A stretch of DNA of 64,000 bases from Trichoplax adhaerens (taxonomy: Eukaryota; Animalia; Placozoa). The DNA lies in assembly GCF_000150275.1 (NCBI RefSeq), contig NW_002060947.1, positions 3,834,335 through 3,898,334 of the forward strand. The letters are read 5' to 3'. The stretch's first letter is position 1; the number at the start of each line of letters is the position of its first letter. The notes below the pieces were generated by a model. That model saw only the letters and a list, made by a program, of their open reading frames with translations, ran no database searches and was not told where the DNA came from. A program made the translations under genes and the position numbers. Of this stretch, positions 40,501 through 53,550 are shown piece by piece.

Positions 40501-43007
40501 TAATATTTCTACCTGTGTAATATTGTTTGCAGTAATTGCAGTAGCATCAGAAGATTTGGTGAAAAAGCAGCATGTTCCACAGGCAATCTAAAATCCATAG
40601 TACAATCAAGAAAATGCTTAAATATGTGTAACTATCGGTACTTTAATTTTAGATATTTTATAACCTCATTTTCGCCAGTTGCAATGATTAATCTTCGATT
40701 AGAATTGCTTGTATTGCCATAATGACCATCAAGTCTAGATCCTGTAACCTTTTAATACACAGAACAGTAAATTAATAAGATAGCAACAAAAATAATGTTA
40801 AGATATGCTAATGCTGATAACTCTTAATTTAATTTGTCTATTATACGCAAATTATTGTTATTAGAAGATACCTCTTGATCTTGATAGAAAAACATCAGCG
40901 TACGGCCATTATTAGTGCCGAAAAATTTTTCAATCAGTTCAAACTATAATTTGAAATTTAATTGTATATTTCGTAATGAGTTTAATTATTAATACAGGTG
41001 AAGATCGTAGCTACTGTTTTTATACTCATAATTACACGAGTTTACATTACAGAATACTGCTACTCGTTATGACTAGAATGTGATTAATGATAAATGACCA
41101 TCATTAACCTTATCATCCGTAATTAAGCTATCTTCAACAAGGTTTTCTTCTAATCCAAGTCCATCCGCTAACTAAAATATACATATCATGTAAACAGTTA
41201 AAAAATCGATAAAATTGATAATAAGTTATAAATGTATTTTACGTTCCATATCATCGAAATGATTGCCTCTCAAACTGTAAGAGCGTGTAGTATAAAATAA
41301 TTTTTACCTTAGAGATGATGAACGAATGTCTGGAATCCATCTATGTTTTTCACACATAAGATACAAAGTACATTGTCTCAGTCTACGTAATTGTCAATGG
41401 CTATACATTTTCAAATTTTAAAAATGCAAATCAATATAATCTTACTTGAAGTCTTCTTTCCTCTCTTGCTTCTTTCTTTTGTTTTTGTAGTTCCTTCATA
41501 GCTTCGCCAGACATAAATGCATTCACCGGGCGCTTCTATTAAATGGAAACATTTAAGATATAATTTGAAAAGGATCTTTTAAGTAGAAGAAATATCCAAG
41601 GGCAAAATCAGCTGTGATTCTAAAGATATTGTTAGGTCTACGTAAAAATTCGACCAGAAATTATTGCAGCTGTAATACATTTTGATTGTAACCCTTTTCC
41701 ACTATGACAATTTCAAATTATCAAGTTAAGCATTGAAAGTTAATAATCAACATACTGAGAACGACTCTGAATTTACTTCCAGCCTATGCTATAGTAATTT
41801 TACTTTTAATTAGTTTAATAGCGTAAACTGTATATATATAAACTGTAAACTGAAGGCATTATACAATATACAGTATGACGCATCTATTCACGCGCTTGCT
41901 ACAATAGTAAGCGCTACATCGAATATACTAACTTTGAACGCTTGCATTTAGCTAATTATTCATACGATTAATAGCTTTCTTATATAAATTTGTTAATAAT
42001 ATCTGACTAAAATAGAATTCATTGTCACTTACACCGACAGTAGCAGCGGGACGCTGGATACGGCGTTTCATGGCTTTTCTGGCTTCGTCATCTATTAATA
42101 TTCAATAGATTAATTTTTTTGCTTGTCCTTTGATTGCTTAAAGGTAAAAAATTGACTATAAATTTACTGCAATATTATTGTAGACACGTATAATATTCCT
42201 CTATCGGAAATGCTAAGCCATTATAGGAGTATTATTCCGAAGAAAGATTGAATCATCAATTTGAAATACGATTAGGATAAGTTGATAAAATCTTAATTGA
42301 AATTGTTGTATTAAGCGCTATTTTAGATTATTTACAGTTATCTCATTCGATATTTTATGTAATACTCTCAAAACATCTGTAGTTATTACCCTTCTAAGAG
42401 CACAGATAGCTACCCTTACTTTTGATATACTTTTGAAAGCATTCAAGAAAATTTGTATAAATCATTTTGAAAGCGATGTAAAATGTGCGATACAGATAAG
42501 ATTTCAAAACGCTAGCACTACCGTTATAATTATAATACAGGCTTTCGAGTAGAAGTGTTTTATTGCTTTCAGTTGAGCTTATATAAAAACTTGCATATTA
42601 AAATTTTAAAGAAATTGGGTACTTAAATGTGATAGATATATTAATTATTGATTTAAAAATTCTGATGGACGATTGTTACGCCTTAGGTAATGTATTGGGA
42701 TTTATAGTACTTGGAGTAAAATTTACTACGTAGGGTTCACAGTAATAAATCAGATAAATATCCGTAATACATATATATTTAATTCACTGAAAGCAGTTAG
42801 TTCGTTTATTGCATTACTTTATTGTAACAGAATGATTCCAATCAGCCACTTCTCCATAAAAATTATGTGAGGAGTTTAGCATAAATATAGATATGACTTA
42901 GGAAAATGATAAGATAACAAAATAAATAGCATACCTTTAGAGTGGAAATCATTGTATCCATCCATAGCGTCGCTTATGCTTAATTTAGCGCCACGTTCTG
43001 ATGACAT
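22590..43007 (-). CDS. DNAH5: Axonemal outer-arm dynein heavy chain, DNAH5/DNAH8 (gamma-type) family, ~46 exons
   Basis: P-loops GPAGTGKT (AAA1), [16 protein letters not shown] and GVGGSGKQ; stalk coiled coil; C-terminus [14 protein letters not shown]. The spliced N-terminus ([16 protein letters not shown]...[10 protein letters not shown]) resembles the DNAH5 N-terminus. All traced introns are GT-AG. Putative ATG at 43007 (MSSERGAK). DNAH5 versus DNAH8 cannot be resolved by eye. Confidence 0.93.
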
Positions 43008-43730
43008 ACTAATGACTAATTTATTTATTTATTACAATTTCTGTAATTACGAGTCATAGACTAGCAAAATATTCAGTGTTATACACAGTACAGGGTGCAC
43101 TGTGTATAGTAATTGAAAATTTTGCAAGCCAACAAGTTTGTACAGTTTATGGTTATGGGGCACTGTCGTAATTATGTTACTCTAAACTGGCCAAATCTTG
43201 CGTGTATTCGAAGTGTACTTTTCACGGGTTACTTGTTATTTAACTAGTCTTAAATTAAAATACGTCGAAAGATAAGTTGAGTTCTTTTCCCAAAGTGTAA
43301 GCGTGTTAAGTGTTGAATATCTTTCAATACTAGATTAAAATATAAGATATTTAAGTAAGATGTTGGTAGAAGAGTTCAGTTCAGCATATGGAAAGTGCTT
43401 CAGGAGGTATGGGAAATGGATACTGTCAATGTATTACTTGTCTATATGTAACATTAATAATTACCTTATAACGAGCAAACACAACATCAAACTGATTTCA
43501 ATACTTTATTATTATTCGCTTAGTATTGTAATATGCATTAAAAGTCATACACCCATACTGAGATTGGATTATTTCATACTGGTGCAAGGGTAGTCCTAAC
43601 AAGCAATACAGAAGACCTCACAGACTCCATACTATGCTCTATCCACCATACAATAATTAGTGGTCATCCAAGGTATACACAATTATTGTAATCAAACGCC
43701 ATTCCTTAGTTTTGGCTTTGTGAGTTTTTA

Positions 43731-43744
43731 GTTTCTATGGTAAC
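43731..43744. promoter_or_regulatory. RFX-binding X-box upstream of the dynein heavy chain gene
   Basis: GTTTCTATGGTAAC matches the X-box consensus GTHNYY-AT-RRNAAC. It lies ~720 bp 5' of the DNAH start codon. Confidence 0.75.
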
Positions 43745-46078
43745 CAAAGCCTTAAAAAAAATAATATACATTACCCTCAGCTCAAACGATGCAGTAATAA
43801 CTAGTTTTTCATGTCTTGATTCCATTATTATCTATTATGATCTTTGTTTCTTACTTTTGATATTTGACTCAATATATGCATGTATTTAGCAGTCCATACT
43901 TTAGATAACAATGGCTACTATTCTCCCTCTTTTCATGTAAAATGAATAAATGAACAGTAACTTGCAATAGGACGTATACTCAGGAATCAATACGATATAA
44001 GACAAATAATGTAAAGGAATAAATAATTACCAATACAAATTATTGTGATTGAATTTTAGGTTTAATTTATGTTATGTTCATGTAATAGAATTCACTACAG
44101 TTAATAATTTACTACATTTTGTTAACAAACTTTGGGCTTCAGTTTGTTTAATAGATGAAGTTTTATTTATATTATATTATCTGTGGTAGCACGGATTAGC
44201 CTAATGATTCAGTACGGATGTTGCAGAGCCCAAGACTTTATTGATAACCCTAAAATTAACGTGTAACAATTAAATTAGCATACCTGCTAGAAAAATCCAA
44301 TTATACCGTGAATATATCCAGATAATTTTGATGTATACTTTTATTTTTGTGTTTAAACAACATATTTAAAGGAGGAAGCCCCGAAGACCTTGGCCATTAT
44401 TTCTGGCGATCTTTATACTAATTTACATATAACAATTTTTTGACGTACTCAATAGTATGCAGTTGAATAGTCGCTAACGTTGTATGGTACGGAGCTACTA
44501 GGTCTTACACGATGATAATAGCAGTATTAAAATCTTTATTTCAATAGTGCAATACCAATAAGAATGATTTCAGATTCAAATTGCAGCTACTGTGCACATA
44601 TATTAATTACGTTCTATGCCTACAGTAATTAATCATAAAACTTTTACTAATCGAGTATTATATCATGGATGAACATGCAAGTACAGTAGAGTACAATAAA
44701 TCAATTTAATAGTACCTATACCATAGGCAGCAAAATCTTCCTAATTCACGGCTACTGTTACAAATAGTGTAAAATTTATTTAATAGCCTAATGCTGTTAC
44801 GGTCTTATTCTTAGCAGCATTCAGATACGTTTAGGCAAGAAATTTTAGTCATGCTGTTTTGAAATAGAAACAGACAACTGAATAGTGACCATTGGTTGAT
44901 ATACGCGTATTGCAGTAATCGCCTAAATAGAAAAATTGCTAAATAATGGTTTGGCAGCTATTGCAAACGACGTTATCTAATGACCTACTTTTCTTAACGT
45001 TTATTGAAAAACCTTAATATAGTGAAAACCTAGTAAAGTTGAACGGAATGACAACAATCATATGTAGTACATCTCTAAGACGAATATTTTATTGTGTATA
45101 TATATGCTAGAAAGTGTAATACAAACGTTGATAAATAGGTATGCGATATGCATACACGCAGTGATAGACACGAAAGACTTGCTCATTAGTGACAAAGCAG
45201 AGTTGTGTTATAATTATGGCTAAAAATTGACACCTTAATGTATATAATATTGTACAATCTTAACATGGTTTAGAATAAATCAGTAACGGTACTATAGTAA
45301 CAGCTAGTATTTGAGAATTTTACGAAAGCAATTTTTACTACAGTATATGTGAAATGATGAACAGCTCTAACAAAGTAAGCTAAGTATCATAACGATACAT
45401 ATTTTGGATTTAATACAACTATGTACATATCATCTTTCCCAAGAGATCAAGTTTATATATTAGTTATTCACGAATTATATATATTATCATAAAAGCGGTC
45501 GACAAATTAGTAGAATAGTATTGCATTATATTATGAGCTATGTCAACGATATGTGAGAAATCATAATTAATTTATAATTCAATGCAATTACTATCTAATC
45601 CGTCACTGATCTCAGAAAGATAGCATACATCGTCACAGATTCATATTTAAGCTAGTCCTCGGAGATTTATCCTATACGTAGTTCTGACTATCGCTTTGAC
45701 CACGATAATCCAACATTCTTCATTAATGGATCAAATAAGATTCTGGTTAATAATTAAGTATGCAAATAAGGGAGTTTAAAAGTAATAAAGCACCGAAGTT
45801 ATTTATGACAGATCGTAGTTAAAGCAAACACAACAATAGCAACTTCTTATATAAAAACGGTAAAAATTTTTACATTATCCAAAAAAGTTTTTATAGTAGA
45901 TTCAACAAAATCTTGTTAATGGAATTTCAACCAGTATTAGTAAAAATGTCGCATCGTAGGAAATCTTGCTATCATTTTAATTCGATTTGGTATTAAAGAA
46001 CTATAAGACAACAAAGATTATCAAAAACAGTTACTCTTTAGTATTTGTTTTCTTATTACTGACTATGTAATTGTAAAA

Positions 46079-49000
46079 TTAAGCGCGCTGATCACCTTTA
46101 TATAAATCTAGATTTAGTAATTCTTCAATCGAAGCTCTTTCGTTAGGATCACGTTGCAGGCATTTCTAAAACATGCACATGCAGTTCGATCAGGGTATAT
46201 TGCATTATTAACCATGACACTTACAAGTACGTGATAGAACTGATTGTAAGAGTACAAAGGGAAAGATATGTTTTGCTTACTTTTATAACATCAACCCATA
46301 CTGTATTAGCCACATCAGGAAAGTCTATATTGTAATGTGGATCGATAATTTTACATAGTTTTTCCACATTGTCCATTATAGACTGAAACGGAGTTCTACC
46401 ATACACCATATAGTATAAAATACAACCAAGTGACCAGACGTCTGCTTTTCTACCAATCTGTGCAATATAGAAACAGTAGCGTTAGTCTAAGGATAATAAA
46501 ATTTCGAAGTTTGCTTGCGAAGTAAACCATACCTTAGCTGAGGGTTTGCCTTTGTACCGAAAACCTTTTTGCCGAGTATCAACAATAGCTTCAGGTGCCA
46601 TGTAGTTAAATGACCCAACAGTCATTTCTCTTTTTATGCTCGTTTCATCTTCCTATATAAAAATGATATGATTTTATAATTCATCTCAGCTAACTGCAAA
46701 AATATATAACTTAAAGATATTTTAATCAATGAAAATTTAAAATTATTACCTGAATAGCATCTGCTATATTGAAATCAATGAGCTTCAGTTTGCCTTCGAC
46801 AATAATAAAGTTTGCTGGTTTCAGATCGCAATGTATGATGCCTTTTTTATGAATGAGATCAACAGCAAGAAGCATTTGCTTCCAAAAACTGATCCGATGC
46901 CAGTCAGCCATTTTTCTAGGATCTTCTTTTTTTAAGAATACGGCTAGATCGGTTGATCCATGTTCCATGACAACGATAAGTTCATCGCGTAGGTCTTGTA
47001 CTTCCCTATTGAATAGATACGACTAGTACTTAATAAATGATGATCTATAAGGAAATCCATAGATTACAAAGTATAACGTGGCTTATTTTAAAGTAGTATT
47101 CATACCAATCGTAAAGTTGTACTATTGTCTCACATCCTCTTAGATTTTCTAGCAGCGTAATTTCTTTAAAATACGAAGTCCTAATCAGTTCATCAGCTCC
47201 AGTAAGATCTACTACTTTGATGGCACAAATTTTTCCGGAAGGAGTAATGGCTGAATATACCTAGTTATACATTTATATATTTTTGTTGGTTTATTAATAC
47301 AATTACAGAAGGTGTGATCCTATACAATTCTAAAAGACAACTTATACTAACCTTGCTCGTTCCTCCTCTACCAATAGCTTTTATTACCATATAATCCTTA
47401 TCATTCACTGTAATCGTGGTTAGATGGCGATTCAAATGAGAACTCGACTTCTTCCTATGATCTGTATTGTGACCAGCTTCTTTTGAAATCTGTGCAGCAG
47501 TTGAAGCCTTAGGATGATCGGTAAAATTATTGTGTTGATCCATCCTAGCGCTACCACCAGAATTACTTTGTTTGGTTATTTTTGGATCCAAGGCGGGAGG
47601 ATTACCACATTTATCATTTAATAGCCGACGAGCATTAACATTGGGGGCAGATACAGATTTTGTAAGTGAACGAACGTTAATATCATTATTTAGGTCAGGA
47701 GCTTGCTCTTCATAAGCGTGTTCCTTAATATCTTCTAGGTCATTATTATTATTTATTTTCAACAATTTTTTCATTTGATGGACAGCATGATTATTATTAT
47801 TATTGTTTTGAGAAGTGATCTTATCATTCGATAATATTTGACTAGAAGAATGTAGTGGCATATTTTCGAGTGTATCTGCATTATTCATGTCATCGATGTT
47901 GCAACTATTATCTACAGAAGGTCTTTTAAAACCAAGAACAGCGGAAAGCTTCGGTAAGTCCCTAACTGTACCGCGTGTTTCGGAAGGGGTATTTGCAAAT
48001 AACTTAGTACTGCTCAGATTTGCTTCACCAAGTGTTGCAGTATCTTGGCCTCTACGATTACTCGCAACTGGAGTACCAAAAAGTGCAGTTGAAGTTAATC
48101 GAACCTTCGAAGGATTATTTAATTTGACTGCACTATTGTTGATAGGAACGTTTACTTGATTGCTTGAGAATAGACGTTGAGAATTTGATAAAAAAACGGA
48201 ACCAGTCTTACTATTACCAGAACTATCCGAGGGATTTCCATCACTCCCGTCCATTTCAATATTTGTGGCTGCAGCTTGCTTAGACAAATCACCACTAGAA
48301 GCTGTAGGAATCGTTCTGAAAGTGATCAAAGTAGGAAAATATGATAATCGATCGCGTTTGGTATATTGTAAGCATTAAATTATACAGGCGGCTAACCGCT
48401 GTCTTTAATTAAATATGTTGTAACTTTTGATTTATATTATTTCATCCTTACTTCTGTAATTTGTCGTTTTTTTCCACAGTTTCTGAATCCTTCAAAAGAA
48501 CCTTTTTTCCATCGATAAAGTTTGAGTAAGCTGCTAATAGTAACGTTTTATCTAGTACCCTGTCTTTGGCTCTTTGAAGAATTTTTTTACATTTTTCTTT
48601 ATTTCCTGGATTGATACAGAATATTAATCAAGATTTGTTCAAACTATCGTAAACTAGCAAAAATGGGTTTAGGAAATGTACTTTGTACCACTTTCCAGCT
48701 TAATACAGCGAATTAGTACACGATTTAGAAATTACGTGTATCAGTTACTCTGACGATAAGTAAGCGTTATTATGAGATAAGAAAACGAATACTTCACAAT
48801 GTACAGTAGTTATCTCACTCTAACCTTGATGTAACTGAAATTGAGCGAAAGCAATATGAACTGCAGCGAACGTCGTTAAGTGATCTCTGGCAAATTTGTA
48901 TGTATTTTCAGCTTCTTTTGGGAAACGAAGTCTGCAGAGATAAAGAGAAAGACAATATCCAATTTATTTAATATCATCTGAAAATCCATATAGTGAAGTA

Positions 49001-50081
49001 ATGCATAAAAGTAAGAATTATTAATATCTTCTAATCTAAGTTATCGATAAATTATGGTTGTACACGTATATACTATAATGCATGCATACATCTATCGTAT
49101 AACTTTACTTAGAATGTAGACTAAGTTGCATACCAATATGAAACAGATGCTTGGCAAAAGATATAGGGCAAGATTTTAACACGCAACAGTCTCAAAGACT
49201 TAATAATTTCATTTGTACACTGTAAAACGGATTCATTCCAATTACGGTCACTCGAATAACCTAGGGACGGGTAGTATTACTGACTACTATACTCGCACTT
49301 AACACAGCATGCAATCTGTAGTAATAGTGCCTATTACAATATTTTCTTGTAAAAAATAAGCACTAAATTATACTTGATTGTAAAATAATAGCTAACGATG
49401 TGCTGCATCGTACGGTACAATATCGTCTCAAGACCATCTTTCTAAAAACTGGCGTAGCTTGTTGTTGAGGTGTACTGCCTAGTTCAATGTCGCCTCAACA
49501 TCCTCTTTCTAAAAGCTCAGTCTGCCACTGGTAGCCTACGGTTGAAATTGTCGTACTGCTGGTTGTGGCAACGATTTGATTTTTGCGAATAGTACTGTAT
49601 GGCATAGCAGCTATTGAAGCTATTACTTATCATCATAAAATATAAATATGGTACAGTACTGTATATTCAATCAATAGCAGTGGATCTTTCAAAGAAGATC
49701 AATGCGCTGTCACAAATATCGCAAAATGACTGCCAATAATAAAGTATAAAAGTAGTCAGCAAGATACACGACTGGTCACTGTTTATCGCGTACCTCTATA
49801 AAACGAATGCAAATAGTATTGGTCCGTATTACTTACTCTTCATATTTGGCCTTACGAATCAACAACTTGGCAAAATTTTCATCATTTCTGTATTGGAAGG
49901 GATCTAAATTTTCGCAAGCAAGTTCATATAACTGATAGGTCTTTTCATCATGATTTTCCTTGCCATCAGCACATACTTCACGTTCAATAACCTCCAACCA
50001 GCTTCGAGGATCGCCACCGGATCCTTTCACTTGATGGATAATGTGTGTTTGCGTATTTAATTGACCAATTGTACTCGTCAT
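46079..50081 (-). CDS. TTK: Dual-specificity spindle-checkpoint kinase Mps1/TTK, 9 exons, ~754 aa
   Basis: Exons 50081-49837, 48931-48825, 48605-48452, 48315-47352, 47260-47106, 47005-46750, 46652-46533, 46457-46281, 46165-46079. N-terminal TPR-like region (NDENFAKL; FAAVHIAFAQFQLHQG). Kinase motifs IGRGGTSKV, AIKVV, HCDLKPANF, LKLIDFNIA, NYMAPEAI and DVWSLGCILYYMVYGRTPF. Confidence 0.93.
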
Positions 50082-51107
50082 TATTAATGATGCAGAAGAT
50101 AGCCCAGCAGCTCAACACCGCCGATCAATCGTTCATTGATTTTAATTTGTAGTGATTCTACGGTATGTCGTCGAATGGCTGTCTGCAAACAGTCATAAAA
50201 CACTTTACCAATTGGAACTGTTAATTTAAAAGTACTAGCGAAAATGAATGTAATCTACAATGATAATCCAGAAAGCAAACTAGGTAAGCTTTTAGCTAGG
50301 CAATACTGTAGTTGAAAATTTGTTCAATGACGATGATGACTCGTTTAAGGTTGAATGAGAAAATTAATTCTTAAATATCATTGCCATTGGCGGCAGTCAT
50401 GTTCAATGGTGGTTATCCACAGTAATAAATCATCCAGTACAGTCTAGGTACTTTTACAATTTGAAAGGTACTCTCTGATACAATGATACTCTTACGCTAG
50501 TCTATAGGATATCTGATGTACTTTTCTCAGGATTGCCAAGAATTATTGCTGCTTCAAGTTGATTTTTAGTCAAGATATTTTGCAAGAGATGGGCTATTGG
50601 GCTGCTCGTGTATCGTTAATTTTCAAGTCTAACCGTCTAATATACTGCCGAATGGTCCCACAATACGTAACTTAGGCAGGACATCGCTGGTTGGCGACAC
50701 TACGCTGGATACTGGTTGTGTACAGTACGCTATTAGTATGCAATACTAGGCAAGTAGTATGGCTCCACTGGCTTAGACTTTGAGTAGAAATTTGAGATTG
50801 CGCTTTCAAGTCAGTAAAGTTGAGAGTGATTTTTCTCAGTTACTTTACTTTCAAATTAGTGAAATGCCATGTCCAGGACATTGTTGTTTGCATACTAAAG
50901 TTAATGAAAACTGCCTAGGAAATGCTAATTAAACGCGTTGATGCTACAGAGTTTTAAAAGAAATGACAGCCGAATGGTCATTTTCATTGGGTGCCTACTT
51001 TCGCTGTCAATCCATTTTCATACTCGCTACTGTTGGTGTATCAAGTGAACGCGTTGCTCAATTTTCATTGACTGTACGCTACACTGTCTGTACAGTGTAG
51101 CGAATTT

Positions 51108-51122
51108 TTTGAAAATCCCGCT
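51108..51122 (-). promoter_or_regulatory. CDE/CHR-like (DREAM/LIN54) cell-cycle element upstream of TTK
   Basis: Minus strand reads AGCGG-GATT-TTCAAA: a GC-rich CDE-like pentamer, a 4-nt spacer and a TTYRAA CHR. It is ~1 kb 5' of the TTK ATG. Confidence 0.45.
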
Positions 51123-51279
51123 TGAACTTTTCAACTTGCAACAGTCGTTACTGGGCATGTGCAGTACCACCAAAGATTGATTCTGACCCATTTACAATAC
51201 AGTACATTATGAGTACAGTACGGTACTGTAGGCGATCGCTGATTTACAGTACCATACCGTACTGGGAGATCGCTCGATT

Positions 51280-51720
51280 TACGCTACTGTACTGTACACT
51301 GTACAGTACAGTACAGTACAGTATTGCAAGGTCGTGTGGCAAAAGCTTTGACTGCAAATTACAGTACAGCTTCTTTGTACAGTACTATCATTTGGATACG
51401 CCATGACAGTACATAGTACTGTACAGTACAGTACTGTACAGTACAAACCAAACTCGCTACAGTACTGTACTGTACAGTACAGTACGTACAGTACATACTT
51501 TCAGGGGGTGACAATTGGGTTTGTAAATGTACTGTACAGTACAGTACAGTACTGTATAGTAGTGTACACTGTACTGTAGTGTACAGTACTGTACTTTGAG
51601 AACCTGTACTGTAATTTGAAGTTAGCATACTGTACCGTATTCAAAGTTTTTACACACGATCGTACAGTACTGTACTGTAGGGTGCTAAAAATAAATACTG
51701 TACAGTACAGTACAGTATAA
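51280..51720. repeat. ACAGT/ACTGT-rich array organised as a large degenerate inverted repeat
   Basis: Dense (TACAG)n/(CTGTA)n blocks. The left arm ...GTCGTGTGGCAAAAGCTTTGACTGCAAATTACAGTACAGCTTCT matches the reverse complement of the right arm ...ATCGTGTGTAAAAACTTTGA[insert]CTTCAAATTACAGTACAGGTTCT. Confidence 0.85.
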
Positions 51721-51821
51721 TAAAATAAGAACACATCAAGTTCAAGTTGTGTCTGAGACTGCTACAGTTGAAAATTAATTTCATACATTCTCTCTTCCCA
51801 TCAGGGACTCATTATTTCCTA

Positions 51822-51897
51822 CTAGGGAATACCATTTCTCTCTCTCGTTTTTAAGCACAGAAAAAGGAACAAAAATTTGTTGCTGAGTAGTCCCTAG
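51822..51897. mobile_element. Short degenerate element with CTAGGGA(A/C)TAC inverted termini (GGGACTACT family)
   Basis: CTAGGGAATAC ... GTAGTCCCTAG pair at 10 of 11 positions. The right end on the minus strand, AGGGACTACTCAGCAACAAATTTT, resembles the ends at 1729 and 3238. Confidence 0.4.
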
Positions 51898-52035
51898 TTC
51901 TATTCAATGTCGATTTCTTAGTAGAGTAATGTGATATCACAATTTTTTCAAGTTCATGTATTATTGATGACTTCCAGTACTTTACGCACCAGAGATGCAG
52001 TTCATCAAAGCGTTTTTATTGACAGAAAGCTACAA

Positions 52036-52312
52036 GAGTACTGTACTGTACAGTAGTCTGCACATCAACTGTACTGTACTGTCTGTCGTTTTCACTTTCA
52101 AAATTTCGCGACAGTACTGTGTTGTACCGCTTGTACGAAAGAGTCAAAAGACAAGTATAACTATAAATAATAATAATAATAAACAATTTTGTTGTGATGA
52201 TTGTCGTAATGCACTATACAAGTGTACATTGTACGGTACAGTACAGTACACTCAGCGCAGTACAGTACAGTGTACTGTAGCAACAACAGTGATACTGTAC
52301 CGTACAGTACTG
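52036..52312. repeat. ACAGT/ACTGT microsatellite cluster (TTK / eIF4E divergent region)
   Basis: Several GTACTGTACTGTAC and GTACAGTACAGTAC blocks, plus an (AAT)n run. Confidence 0.8.
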
Positions 52313-53340
52313 TAAAAGCCTGCAATCTAACTGCCTGTATCCAGTATCGCCAATACGACTGTGATAAAGGCCTTTTTCGGAAGGCGACTTGGAAATTTAT
52401 ATCCATTCACACAAGATTAACGTAAGTCGACTTTTTTGAATTAAAATACGATATATTGGAGTTTTTAGAGAGTTCACCATATTTCCAAATCATCCATGTC
52501 ACAAGATCATACTCTTTTTTTCTGTATACTACAGAATACTAGTATGACTATCGTAATTGAGTCATGGTCTTGCCTTTTCAGTTTCACTTGGTTGTCAGTG
52601 TTGTAGTTTATTAAAAATGTCAACGTCTTTTGTTTTGAAAGCTTTCGTCTCTAATAGACACGACTTACTGTGTCATAAAATCACTTTAGAGTAAAGGGCA
52701 TCCAGCTAGCAATCATCGTCCTACGATATTAATGTACGATATACTGTCGTTGCTAATAATTAGAATTGTCGTATAAATCTAAAGTGATCATTTTACCATA
52801 CTGTCCTGTACTTCACGGTTAATAAAGATACTATCATTACAGAAATACTTGTACGTAGGATTGTTGTTGGTTGTCCAAATTTATAGTACAATAGTTGATA
52901 ATGTTCGTACTAACAACAACTTAGAACTACTGTAGTCGAGAAATAATGAACGAATAATGATAATTAATTAATCTATTGCTATGATCCACAAAATTCGCAA
53001 TATACAGCTTTTGTTTAACGTACAGTACACACTACTTTCCATTTGAATGTCCCCAAGTCATCGTCACCATCGATACAGACAACACTTTCGAATTAGTCTA
53101 CTGTACTAGTACGCACATTCACTTCCTCGATCTCATTCGGTTACATAACGTCAATCGATAAACAATTTTCATTTTATTCTACTGTACGGTAATTATAAAT
53201 TATTATTGTTGTTGTTACATACAGTATTCTGTTCATTACATTGGTGCACTAGCTTCACAAGGCTGAACCATATTCCATTTTCTTGATTGCACCATCACGT
53301 CAGTTGAGGGTAAATAAATATTATTATGACTGTAAATAAT

Positions 53341-53550
53341 TTACTGTACTGTACTGTACGTGTGCGGCTGTTGATACTGTGCTGTACTGTACAGGACTTA
53401 CTGTATATACAGTATGATGTACTGTAGTTATTGGCACAGTACGGTACTGTATTCACTGTACAGTATACAGTATCACGGATATCATGCCTGTAGGGTGTTT
53501 GTTGTGAACGATATCAATCAATATTATACTGTACAGTACTTTACTGTAAA
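53341..53550. repeat. ACTGT/ACAGT microsatellite cluster, probably in a 5'-UTR intron of the eIF4E gene
   Basis: TTACTGTACTGTACTGTACG...GCTGTACTGTACAG...ACTGTACAGTATACAGTA; upstream of the splice acceptor at 54241. Confidence 0.7.

Noticed and set aside
41512-41535. KRPVNAFM, resembling the Sox/TCF HMG-box start KRPMNAFM
   Set aside because: It is exon 3 of the dynein N-terminus. The following residues lack the HMG-box Trp and helix pattern and continue into DNAH5-like sequence.
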